Below are positions 20,801-29,369 of a DNA stretch of 60,664 bases, one piece after another (the stretch's first letter is position 1; each line of letters starts with the position of its first letter). Below the pieces are notes generated by a model. It did not search any database, was not told where the DNA came from, and saw only the letters and a program-made list of their open reading frames with translations. Origin of the DNA: a virus (taxonomy: Duplodnaviria; Caudoviricetes); IMG/VR virus record IMGVR_UViG_3300021091_000080, positions 1 through 60,664 of that record; one strand, given 5' to 3'. A program made the position numbers and the translations under genes.

Positions 20801-23800
20801 CTTAGCGCCTCATCTGCAATCAAATCAATATTTTTCGCAATTAAATACCCAGCATCTAAGTAAGTACCAGTAGAATTATTTGAAATAATATCAACAAATG
20901 CATAGGAAAGAGTAGTAATAGCAGATGCAACATTAGCACATGCAGGTGAACCTGCAGTTGCTGTAATTACAGTATCATCAAAATACCTGGCAATAGAAGA
21001 ATATTTTGGAATATAAGTTGGATTTCCTACAGTTCCATTTCCAGTCCTCCAGTTTCTCATTGCTAAAATTGCAAGTTCTGTTGCAATTTGAAAAGCTCTT
21101 ACTGTTTCTGTAATTTCATTTGAAATATAACCAATTTGAGTTCCAATTTTATATCTCTCTGCTGCTTCTACGACATTATAATTTCCTCCAAATTCTAAAT
21201 CCATTACTATAGAATTTAAAAAGTGCTTAACATCTCTATAGCACTTTGCATCACCATTTGGAATGTTAAATCCTGGATATAATTTTTCCCCCTGAGAACA
21301 AGATATTAAAAGATTTTCAACTTTTACAACATTACCATTAACAGCTCCAATAGCACTTGCAGTGGTTATTGTTCCTACACCAGTAACATTATTGTACGTA
21401 AAAGCAGTAACAGTATAAGTATTATTATTAAAAGTTACTGTACCACCATTTACATAAGTATGAGCAAAAGCATTTGGTTGAGTATTGATGTCAAAACTAT
21501 TTCCACTTACATTACTTATAGTAAACCATTTTTGTGCAAATTCGTCATTAATTTGCTTTACAGTTTCATCAGAAATAAAATCTAAATTATTTCTAATGTA
21601 AGTACATGCATCTTGAAATCTTCTAGAAACTGGATTAGGAAGTACTAATTTGTTTGGAGAATTTAGAAGAGTTAGAGTTACATAATTTGTATATGCAGTT
21701 ACTGTTGCACCAACAGGTTCTGATGTTCCTGTAAATCCACTTATAATTTTAGGAATTACAAATCTTCTTGATCTACCATCCGCATCTCTTATAACTTTAT
21801 AAATTCTTTGAAGACCGTTCAAAGGAGAAAGTAATCCAGTTAATCCAGCAATCCTTACAATTTCTCCTTCTTTAAATTCATGAAATCCAATTCTTCCTGG
21901 AATTAACTGAGCAGTTTGAACTACAATACCACCCAAGTTTTCACTATTACCAAAGTAAGTACTTTGGAAACCATCATTAAAATCTCCTTGTTGTGATCCA
22001 TCTACCATTGTTATTGGATAACTAGTAGTTCTATTTTTTAATTCTGAAGTTACTTCTCCTTCTGCTCTGATAGAAACGGGAACAATACTTGTAAATTCAT
22101 ATGTTGCAGCTGCATAAGCAATCGCATTTGAAGTGGCAGATACAAAAGTACGAGCAGAAGTATCTGTAGATACACCTAGATTTACTTGGAAAGTATTTGT
22201 ACTTACGTTACTGACACCTAACCAAACTCCACTAATTGTATCTGTTGGTCTTGGGAAAGTTCTAGTAGTAGTATTTCCATCAGAAGCATGTGTAAATGAT
22301 AAAGAATCATTAATAACTTTAATTAAGCTACCATTAGAAAATCCATGATTTGCAATAGTAATAATTGCAATACCAGTTGAAGGATTGTAAGTAACGTTAG
22401 TTGGAGTAAAAAATGTCGGAACATAATAATTGATTGGTTCACTTTGATCAAAACCATCAATAGTAGTTACTGTAGCTTCAACAACACCACTTTGGTATGC
22501 AGTTGGACCACTAACAGCATTAAAAGTTACAGATGTTACTATACCTCTAGCAAAACTGTTTGTTCCAAATAAATCTCTATTTGCTGTTAAATTAGATCCA
22601 CCAGTATTTGAATTGAAAGGAATTCTTACTTTGTTTGCACCAAAGAATTGATGACCAATAGGCCATGATCTTCCAAAATCACCACCAGATGCTGGATCAT
22701 AATAAACTCTTTGTTTATCATCAAATACTACTGCATAGTTCCAAGTATGTACTGGATCATTATTACTATCTACAAGATCTCTAAATGTAATTCCATTGAT
22801 ATAATTTTTGTCTGATAATTTAAAGAAGTGCTTATTAGCGTTTGCAGGACGTACAATAACGAGACGTAAGTTATCACCAATAATTGAACAATCTGGAGGA
22901 ATTGATATAGGGTTATCTTCTACATATTCTCCACCAGCAATAATAACAGTTTCTTTTATTCCAACAGTTGCTTGAGCAATCTGACATGCTCTTTTAATTG
23001 TTCTTACAGGAGCAACTGCAGATCTACCATCGTTATCGTCATCTCCAATTTGTTCAGAAACATACACACGACCGCCAACATCATTTGTTGCTAGATTTAG
23101 TACGTATTCTGTCGTAGCAATTTTATCTGATCTGTCTCCTTGCAAAGGAGTGATAGATCTTGGAAATAAACCAGAATTACCAGAAGTATTGTAGTATGGT
23201 TCTGTTGGTCTGCTTACCCTAAAACCAATGTGCTTTAATTGAACCGCACCATTTAATACAATACCATCTACATGAGTAGGAGGAGTTGTTCCAGTTGCTC
23301 CAGTATTTAAAGCTTGATAGATATTATCTCCATAATATCTATATGGATTATCCCCACTATGAACAATAATTGTATTCGGAACCCAAAGTACTCCTGTATT
23401 ATTTGCATATGTTTTTAAATTTGGACCCCTGAATGCAGTATCAGGGGTAACAAAATTATCAACGTCTAAGTTTAAAACTCTTGCTGTATCAGAAATAATT
23501 GAAGTCGATGTTCTAATTGCACCACTAACATCAAGTTCAAAATCTACAGTATCTAGAAATGCTACAGCAGATGCACCAGCTCCAGGATCTCCTGGTTGTG
23601 CAGTTATAGTTACACTTGGAGCAGTGTCATATCCATTGCCAGGATTATCAACAGTAATAAAGGTGACAGAACCATTTGCTACAATTGCTGAAGCAGTTGC
23701 CTGTACTCCTCCAGTACGATTTGGAGGACCTAAAGTAACAGAAGGAGCAGTGTTGTATAATGCTCCTCCAGAATTTACCTGAATTCTTTCAATTCTTTCT

Positions 23801-23970
23801 CCAGTTCTGTTGATACCAATTCTGGGAAGATTTGTATTTGATAACTGAGCTCGGAAAATTTCTTTTTGATTCGCCCCCTCGCCTGCTCTAATTGTGTAAT
23901 TGTTAGTTCCAATTACAGAAGGATTTGAACCAAGAATAATTTGCTTATCCGAATTAATCTGTAAACTCAT
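14863..23970 (-). CDS. Giant tail fibre / virion structural protein (3035 aa)
   Basis: GxGYxxAPxVTI repeats, CBM-like W...Y motif, beta-helix entry DNDGRSAVAPVRTIKRA, two helical KCxRD repeats, ADxLD fibre motifs, RVGIG repeats; late promoter at 24013-24020. Confidence 0.9.
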   Translation of the reverse strand: MSLQINSDKQIILGSNPSVIGTNNYTIRAGEGANQKEIFRAQLSNTNLPRIGINRTGERIERIQVNSGGALYNTAPSVTLGPPNRTGGVQATASAIVANGSVTFITVDNPGNGYDTAPSVTITAQPGDPGAGASAVAFLDTVDFELDVSGAIRTSTSIISDTARVLNLDVDNFVTPDTAFRGPNLKTYANNTGVLWVPNTIIVHSGDNPYRYYGDNIYQALNTGATGTTPPTHVDGIVLNGAVQLKHIGFRVSRPTEPYYNTSGNSGLFPRSITPLQGDRSDKIATTEYVLNLATNDVGGRVYVSEQIGDDDNDGRSAVAPVRTIKRACQIAQATVGIKETVIIAGGEYVEDNPISIPPDCSIIGDNLRLVIVRPANANKHFFKLSDKNYINGITFRDLVDSNNDPVHTWNYAVVFDDKQRVYYDPASGGDFGRSWPIGHQFFGANKVRIPFNSNTGGSNLTANRDLFGTNSFARGIVTSVTFNAVSGPTAYQSGVVEATVTTIDGFDQSEPINYYVPTFFTPTNVTYNPSTGIAIITIANHGFSNGSLIKVINDSLSFTHASDGNTTTRTFPRPTDTISGVWLGVSNVSTNTFQVNLGVSTDTSARTFVSATSNAIAYAAATYEFTSIVPVSIRAEGEVTSELKNRTTSYPITMVDGSQQGDFNDGFQSTYFGNSENLGGIVVQTAQLIPGRIGFHEFKEGEIVRIAGLTGLLSPLNGLQRIYKVIRDADGRSRRFVIPKIISGFTGTSEPVGATVTAYTNYVTLTLLNSPNKLVLPNPVSRRFQDACTYIRNNLDFISDETVKQINDEFAQKWFTISNVSGNSFDINTQPNAFAHTYVNGGTVTFNNNTYTVTAFTYNNVTGVGTITTASAIGAVNGNVVKVENLLISCSQGEKLYPGFNIPNGDAKCYRDVKHFLNSIVMDLEFGGNYNVVEAAERYKIGTQIGYISNEITETVRAFQIATELAILAMRNWRTGNGTVGNPTYIPKYSSIARYFDDTVITATAGSPACANVASAITTLSYAFVDIISNNSTGTYLDAGYLIAKNIDLIADEALRFAKTSFPTLSLSYLDESKCKRDIKYILRSLRRDLVLGGNAGIVTAAELYFTGSLLTGIPSAELVPTITAFNKARDLAIQSTRNWSNGTVATTTPIGATYNSTTGVLNVTFANPTTPVTTSHRIAFKEGAITFSCPSNGGGNLASPTVTDRNYGNSLTITNVSIAGGNTTVTVNVGDAGTATGVTHTFVSALANGTIIVYDPVTTFTSPVTKYENWNILLSGGTLCANVASTITNSFALLEDILDGTIAPGATTKTYGTSYTLQPTYPDNVVGDGSGKFITPLGFYDDLPVIEASPYIQNSSIISFAGGSGCEIDGDKVQQPNSPRPGLEDDPNNPGGTPRAAFPNQGKSMVASAFTIVSFGGTGYRVINDGYCQLVSVFVIFCTDGVLSESGGYASITNSATNFGIYALRAIGFSRDPYQFDIGTVSNVSATVGTGRTILTVSGLGRPPLEHYIVKFTDYTNNNPAIEYFIESIDKNSISVSAPYTATFTVNEAMSLKRKSDNVVVAPSTAELGGKAIQLHRPSIVNSSGHTWEYAGSGTNYNALPENGGVKIEAYEQVSQQYGRVYTSGTDELGDFKVGTFAKIENRTGAITFTGTVSISEVEFLKLKGGTVVVTGFDSSPTLGGAFSSDEKLPTQKAVRDYITNNLGQYINKPFSTNAVPRALVELTDSGKISIDQIPALRPFSVYTVANVTERLAIEGALAGDIAIQQDTSTSYILNNDLDSLYFAYPITLTDINGNPLDFNTNSILTGSGTTGQLQVLEHRRGVVYTINITNPGSGYTSAPAVVISGGSPGAGSVAAFATTTIANGQVVTVKLTLFNGYVGGKGYTAVPTVTIAAPGAGGTQATAGALVENRVYGKVVNNLKIEDTDTIQSNDSPSVAVDITRVVNTSASNVNNWVSLSSQTISADNITEGIISPARLSSDSTAANSFTFLRGDQSFAPVVQSVKGTETRYFEITNTAASSSSNTLRFASTGQPLVGHTVVANVGGIPANTTIQSIETTGGNTTITLNNPLTASIPSGTVIEFTRPTSPLLFDTSFTQGSFVESAIVQNGGSGFSSNGIYYNVQVNGGTGTGLKANFTITSGSISNVVITSSGSGYTSDFGVNAIPAGLPSGGSGINILFKINTVSKNYANVAMDIRRVDAQTINADPYGRAGVGRFDKSQFFLGLDGDGSVRLKTGPGSNLNADKLDNEEGSYYLNSANQNAGILPVDRLSGTYRISITGNAEGGADRLTTLTTNSTTSPVPSDIKEGVTAATRDNTADGLNVAGSKHLVLSIRNGGVGTDATYGGVRQLAFADDNSMYLRGTGSGVSNFGSWAKIWSSGNHGPGSGLDADRLDGRQGTWYRNGLNLNYGTIIDRHLPTFQEAKQFEDSITIREITSQPVFNIYISGQALVTDPFTATSAVNLYNDLDQNVGNLTINSVTVNNVTDPTEDYTILNVVLTNGGFSGATRVGTTATSVPFDDYWLDVVGTFEVAKLASVSGGTARLTMGRNNGVSTEPAIYFRTSALAASNYNSAIIARGGNAADGSGILEFKVADPNSLLVNNLTIWNSGNITFDNGNTPNTGVRRDTNGNFTAGTITANLTGAASANVLKAGDTMTGSLTLTGASSNLIVGGTLGVTGNATLTGSLTVDTNTLIVNSTSDLVGVGLNPSTAATTNSKLQVFSGALGTTAGNATYIASFENTSSNYSRLLVWQRRHTNGADWTTSSTRIQQRIDVTDQAYIEFNPPGSTFGLALGTNSISRIVVDQTGLVGIGKSAASGFIFDAAGKGRFEGGLELDTANDNSGTFVTFLGASTSKNFRIGHELTNANVFEINPSTTNGGSTFTVPGLTVKAPAGAVTEVRVGIGVANPQYSLDVNGNVNFSGTITANGATLTSSNWTKATNTLDIYRMSKVGVNKVNPQYTLDVGGEINLTGVQRVNGDPLWLDAYGVIRVTRNLISQNVIIPSGTNAQSTGPLIIQSGFSVTVETGGAWTIV

Positions 23971-24021
23971 TTTCCGAAGAGCCCCTCTAGATTACTTTAA
24001 TTCTACTATTCTTATTTATTA

Positions 24022-24531
24022 CTATGCAAAGGCTACAGTAGTGATTACAACATGTGCAATCCAAACTACAGTCTGAACTCCTCCAGATTTTGAAGTTGAA
24101 TAACTATATCTATTCACAGAACCCGAATCAAATGGTTGCACTGACCAAGTTTGAGCAGCTGGTACTGTATCTTTTATAATGGTAAATAACGTAGATAAAG
24201 AAGTTACATTTCCAACGCCATCAACTTTCACTGCAGATTCTAATTTAATCGAATAATTTCCAGAACCAGAATTATCATCTACCCCTACAATATTTGCAGT
24301 AGCAAAATTCATAGTATTATTTGGAAGAATAATTGTTTCTATGCCATCAATAGTTAATACTTGAGTATTTGTTCCCCTCAAGATATAAGTTTTTGTGAAA
24401 GCATCAGAAAAATTTCTATTTTGTATTTCCAGAGTGTTAATATTTTCAAAGTCTCTATTAGAATTAATTACAGTAACATCGTCTACTGAAAATCCTCCAA
24501 CAGAACTGAATTCTTTTTTATTTACTGCCAT
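24022..24531 (-). CDS. Virion structural protein
   Basis: Beta-rich 169 aa between two giant structural genes. Confidence 0.8.
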   Translation of the reverse strand: MAVNKKEFSSVGGFSVDDVTVINSNRDFENINTLEIQNRNFSDAFTKTYILRGTNTQVLTIDGIETIILPNNTMNFATANIVGVDDNSGSGNYSIKLESAVKVDGVGNVTSLSTLFTIIKDTVPAAQTWSVQPFDSGSVNRYSYSTSKSGGVQTVVWIAHVVITTVAFA

Positions 24532-24532
24532 T

Positions 24533-27500
24533 TTACTTTCTTAGAAGAGTGATTACTACTGTAATATTTACAACATCACTTGCTGCAACACTAGAAGTTA
24601 ATGTTGGCGTAATAACTACATCACCATTATTTGAATCAATAGAAAAATCAGAACTAAAGATATTTAATCCAGTTGTTACGTTTCCAAACTCTGTATGGAA
24701 TATATCAGTACCCTTATGAGTTACTGTAAATTCAATCAGTTCTCTATGATTAGATGTAACATTATCTGCAGAAATTACTACTTTTGCTCCATATGAACTA
24801 CTTGGCGCATATAGAGAGATTGGTAGAAAATCTGTAGTTCCTTTTACTAGTTGAATGTCTTTTGTTATAATATTTAGATCTCGTAATTTAAATTCAGACA
24901 AATCATTTTTGAATAATTCAACAAAAGTTGGTGTGCCTGTTCCCCATGTTCTATTCCATAATAAAGCACCAGTATCTGTAAATTTAGATATAGTATCTGC
25001 ATAAATTCCAGAGGAAATTGCAAATTCTATCGCATCTGCAGTAGTTGTCAATTTAGTTGTAGTTGCCGATGATTGCAATATTACATTAGCAGAATTAATA
25101 TTAATGGTAGTAGCATTAATATCTAAACTGCCACCAACACTTCTAATTGTATCGACATTATCAAATACTAATTCAAATGGAGTAAGTCTTAAACTATTAT
25201 TTCCATCATTATAAAAATATAGAATATTTTCATTACTACCAGCAGATAATTCTGGAATAATATAAGTATTGCCGTCTACATCACGAACTCCACCAAGAGA
25301 AGACCAGTTAGCACCATCATATCCTTCAAATTGTAAAATTGTGCTGTTATATCTAATCGATCCTCTTGCTGGTATTCCTCTTTGTAAACTAGTACCAGAT
25401 GGAATAACTAGAGATGTTGTGGTGTTGATTATTGCTTTCTTTCCAGTAAATGGTGTAATAGAAAGATCACTCGATAGAGTTTTAATTTCAGAACCAAGTA
25501 ATTGAAGTTCATTTGAAACTTGCAATGGTACGTCGGCATTTGGACCAACTTTTAATACATTAATACCATCAAATACTAATTCGTCTACTGCTAGAGCATT
25601 CCATGTTAATTGAGCAGTTCCATTAGTTGCAGCACCTGTGGTATGTCTTGGAGGATTGACAGGACCATCAGTAATGCCAGCAACGCTAACGACATAAATA
25701 TTATTTCTGTATCTTAAATACTCCCCTAAACTTACTGGCGTATTTTCTGTCCAGACAGTAGAAGTTGGAGCAGTTATATTTGATGAAGATATAGTCTTCA
25801 TCTCCCAGAAATCTAAAGCAGATCTTCTTAATCTCAAACTGTTGACAGAATCATTATAGAAGTATAATGTATTATCATTTGCTCCAGCAAATGCTTCAGG
25901 TAAGATATAAGTGTTGCCATCAAGATCTCTTACTCCTCCAAGTGAACTCCAAGCAGCAGTAGCAACATTATATCCCTCATATTGGTTTGTGTCAGTATTA
26001 AATCTAATAGTTCCATTTTCACGTTGAATAGCATTTGGTCTTTCTAAATTAGTTCCAGCTGGAATAGTTATACCTTTAGATCCAGTAATCTTAACAAGAG
26101 AATTACTTGCTGGAGATAATACTAAATTCACAGTAGATGCTGTACTAATAGTATTATCAGTTATAAAAAGACGTTGATTAACTCTCAATGAAGATCCAGA
26201 TCCTGCCAAAATTAAATTAGCATCTGTTACCGTAATAGGTTTAGTTGTCTCAACTTCACCAGTTGAAAGTACATCAAAATCTCCTACTGATAATTTTCTT
26301 GTGTCTAAGATAATATCATTAAGAGCACTAGTTGCAATATTTAAATCATAATTACCAATTATAGTTAGAGTAGAATTTTCAAAATTAAATCTATCTGCTG
26401 TCAGTTCTGTTGTAAATGTGCCAGTAGAAGCACTAACATTAGAAGTTGTAACAGAGTTATCTGCAATAATATTACCTTGATTTACTTCAATATTTACAGT
26501 TTCATTTCTATTGACAGTGTTTACAGCAATAGATACACCAGATCCAGAAAAAGATTCTTGACCAGAAATTGAAAAAATTCCTTTATCTTCTGGAAATCCT
26601 CCAATGTAATCAGGAGATGGAATTGATCCACTAATTTCTGCACTGTAATATAATGTAGAAGGTGTATTATCATTTGGTTGAATAATTACACGATTATTTG
26701 TATAATCATATGTAATGTAATCTGCAGTTAGTTTAGAAGTTGCTGCTGCGCTTGATTTAAAAACAAAATTATATCCAACATTAGATGGTGCAGAAAGATC
26801 AAAATGATATCTTCTATTTTTGAGCAAAGTTACATTGTCAATATAGTAAGAATTCTCAGTTTCACCAACAATAATTTGACCATTCATTGCTGCTGGATGA
26901 TTAGCACAAAGATAGTAATACGTTCCAGGACTTACATCTTTTGTATCGAATGTAATTGTTCCTGAAGTAGCACCATTATTTTGAACAGTTGCTACTACAT
27001 CTGCTGATGAGAAAGATACTCCATTAAATGCACTTACAATATAAAATGGATGCCCAGATACATTTACGTTTAAAACTAACTTATCTCCTTTAGATACATT
27101 TATAGTTGGATTGTTTGCATCATAATGGGCAGTAGTGTTATCAGATCCATTAAAAACATAGTTTGAAGCTCCACTATTAGTTACCGATAGCGTATATGTT
27201 GGATATATACCATCGTTTAAATAATATTGTTTAGATGAATTAACAGCACTGACTATAGGAGCAACTGTTGCTATATACGTGCCCGTAACTGCAGAAGTTA
27301 CAATTTCAGCAGGAGTAAATAATAAATTTGATGCATTTGTAACAACTAAAGAATGAACAGGAGTTACATTTTGAGTGGTCGCAACATTTAATACTAAATC
27401 TGTAAAAGCAGTCACTTGTAAAGTAACTGCAGAACCAGTACCTCCAATTGAAGATGCTGGAATAGTAATTACATCTCCTGTGGTGTATCCTGTACCAGGA

Positions 27501-29173
27501 TTTGCAATTGATACATTTGTAATACCACCAGTAGAAATTAGAACATTAAATCTTGCTCCAGTTCCAGTACCACCAGTTCCAGCAACATTATTATTAATAG
27601 AATTTGTTCTAGCTGGGTCAGAAGCACTAGTATCAACAACATTTTTAATAGGACCGTTATTGCTGCCAACATTAAATCCAATAAAAGTTAATGTATCATT
27701 AATAGCATAACCAACACCAGGATTTAAAATAGTAATATTAGAAAGTGAAACAGTTCCAGAAGTTACAGTAAGTCTTAAGACAAATTGAGATCCGCTACCA
27801 CTTGTGCTATTTGCAGTAACTGTATAAGTTCCATTTGTATATGAAGTTCCTTGCGACGCAATACTAACTGTTGCAACACCAGTATTTACCGCAGGAGAAT
27901 AGATTAATTTTGCTATAGTTGGAGTATTTAAATTATATGAAACAGTATCTCCAACTCTCCAGTAGTAATCTGTTTGTCCAGATGGAAGAACTAACTGATA
28001 ATGATCAACTAAAGATAATTGCCAGTAAGATCTTAAAGGAAGTTCTTCATTTGAAATTGTTAAAGTATCATTTGGTTCATAACCATTCCCACCACTTGTA
28101 ATTGATACTGTTTTAATTCCGCCTAAGGCAGTAATTGTTCCTGAAAATGGATTGGTAATTGGCGTTGCTGCCGATACTATTGCACTATTTGCAATTCCTA
28201 GTACATCTCCTACTTTAAAATCATCGCCGTAATCTGAAAAAGATAAATCTTGTACTACTCCTCCAGTAATTAAAGCAGTTACAGAAGATCCTGATCCATA
28301 TGAACCTAAAGTTCCAGATTGCGTAGTTAAATTTATGCTAGTGGCAACCGCTGCTGAAGTATTTCTTACAATCGATAGAACAGAAGAATTTGGGAATGCT
28401 GGTTTTATAATTACTTGAGCAAATGATCCTGCCTCTCCAAAATTTCCAAAAATATTTACCTGAGCGTATGTAGGATTTATGTAAAGACCGCCATCTAGTT
28501 CAAAATGAAATGGTTGCAGTGCTAAACTAGCATCAGAAATATCAAATTTATAAGTATTTCCTCTAGTTAAAGCAAATCCAGTATTTGTACCTCCAATTCT
28601 ATATTCATATTCTGGAGGTGTTAATGCGGTAAAATCTGCAGGTTTGGTTTCAAATAAAGTAACTACATAAGTATTCGTAAATGCATTTGTAAGAACAACT
28701 GATACTGATCCATCTTGAGGATATCCAGAACCAGGATTAGTAATATTAACAAAATAGTCAACTACAACTATAGTTGCAACTGCACTATCGCCAGCACCGC
28801 CAAGTAAATTTACTCCTTCATATGTACCAGTGTAATATCCACTTCCTCTGGTAGTAACTGCACTCGTAGAGATTGAAGAAGTATAAAAATTTAAATCTCT
28901 TAAAGAATTGATATTATCATCATCAATATCAAAAACTTTTTTTGCTAAATTTACAAAAGTTAATTTGTTATCTGCTTTGTAAAGACCAGTTCTTGTTTCA
29001 CTTGCAAAAGAAAGTGCTGGCGCTTCTTTTGTGCCATCTGCTAACTTTAAACTAGTAAATGTAAGGTTTCCAGAACCCCCAGTAATTTCAAAAACATCAC
29101 TAGCCAGAGCATTAACTTTTTGCCTCTGTGTTTCTAATGTGTCTGTTTTAGAGACGTTTCTAAGAACTGCCAT
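24533..29173 (-). CDS. Baseplate / tail-fibre connector-like structural protein with cupredoxin-like domains
   Basis: N-terminal TDTLETQRQKVN, GSGY repeats, H...C-x2-H-x3-M cupredoxin motif, duplicated IPxGT..R..G.IR.N..WSSLGGVRD.DGNTYI domain. Confidence 0.88.
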   Translation of the reverse strand: MAVLRNVSKTDTLETQRQKVNALASDVFEITGGSGNLTFTSLKLADGTKEAPALSFASETRTGLYKADNKLTFVNLAKKVFDIDDDNINSLRDLNFYTSSISTSAVTTRGSGYYTGTYEGVNLLGGAGDSAVATIVVVDYFVNITNPGSGYPQDGSVSVVLTNAFTNTYVVTLFETKPADFTALTPPEYEYRIGGTNTGFALTRGNTYKFDISDASLALQPFHFELDGGLYINPTYAQVNIFGNFGEAGSFAQVIIKPAFPNSSVLSIVRNTSAAVATSINLTTQSGTLGSYGSGSSVTALITGGVVQDLSFSDYGDDFKVGDVLGIANSAIVSAATPITNPFSGTITALGGIKTVSITSGGNGYEPNDTLTISNEELPLRSYWQLSLVDHYQLVLPSGQTDYYWRVGDTVSYNLNTPTIAKLIYSPAVNTGVATVSIASQGTSYTNGTYTVTANSTSGSGSQFVLRLTVTSGTVSLSNITILNPGVGYAINDTLTFIGFNVGSNNGPIKNVVDTSASDPARTNSINNNVAGTGGTGTGARFNVLISTGGITNVSIANPGTGYTTGDVITIPASSIGGTGSAVTLQVTAFTDLVLNVATTQNVTPVHSLVVTNASNLLFTPAEIVTSAVTGTYIATVAPIVSAVNSSKQYYLNDGIYPTYTLSVTNSGASNYVFNGSDNTTAHYDANNPTINVSKGDKLVLNVNVSGHPFYIVSAFNGVSFSSADVVATVQNNGATSGTITFDTKDVSPGTYYYLCANHPAAMNGQIIVGETENSYYIDNVTLLKNRRYHFDLSAPSNVGYNFVFKSSAAATSKLTADYITYDYTNNRVIIQPNDNTPSTLYYSAEISGSIPSPDYIGGFPEDKGIFSISGQESFSGSGVSIAVNTVNRNETVNIEVNQGNIIADNSVTTSNVSASTGTFTTELTADRFNFENSTLTIIGNYDLNIATSALNDIILDTRKLSVGDFDVLSTGEVETTKPITVTDANLILAGSGSSLRVNQRLFITDNTISTASTVNLVLSPASNSLVKITGSKGITIPAGTNLERPNAIQRENGTIRFNTDTNQYEGYNVATAAWSSLGGVRDLDGNTYILPEAFAGANDNTLYFYNDSVNSLRLRRSALDFWEMKTISSSNITAPTSTVWTENTPVSLGEYLRYRNNIYVVSVAGITDGPVNPPRHTTGAATNGTAQLTWNALAVDELVFDGINVLKVGPNADVPLQVSNELQLLGSEIKTLSSDLSITPFTGKKAIINTTTSLVIPSGTSLQRGIPARGSIRYNSTILQFEGYDGANWSSLGGVRDVDGNTYIIPELSAGSNENILYFYNDGNNSLRLTPFELVFDNVDTIRSVGGSLDINATTININSANVILQSSATTTKLTTTADAIEFAISSGIYADTISKFTDTGALLWNRTWGTGTPTFVELFKNDLSEFKLRDLNIITKDIQLVKGTTDFLPISLYAPSSSYGAKVVISADNVTSNHRELIEFTVTHKGTDIFHTEFGNVTTGLNIFSSDFSIDSNNGDVVITPTLTSSVAASDVVNITVVITLLRK

Positions 29174-29369
29174 TTGCTACAATCTCTTTGAGGAGTGTTT
29201 TAATTTCAGATATTTCTGCTTTCAATGTATTTATGTCGTCAATTACTGAAGCGAATTGCGTAGTAAGAGTTTTTTTGGGAGGAGATGCTATATTAATAAT
29301 AGCACCAGTATTTGGGTCACGATACAAATTATCATGACCTTCTACTTTTAAATAATCTTTCATAATCAA
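29160..29369 (-). CDS. Small conserved phage protein with coiled-coil C-terminus
   Basis: KVEGHDNLYRDPNTGAIIN...INTLKAEISEIKTLL. Confidence 0.85.
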   Translation of the reverse strand: MIMKDYLKVEGHDNLYRDPNTGAIINIASPPKKTLTTQFASVIDDINTLKAEISEIKTLLKEIVANGSS

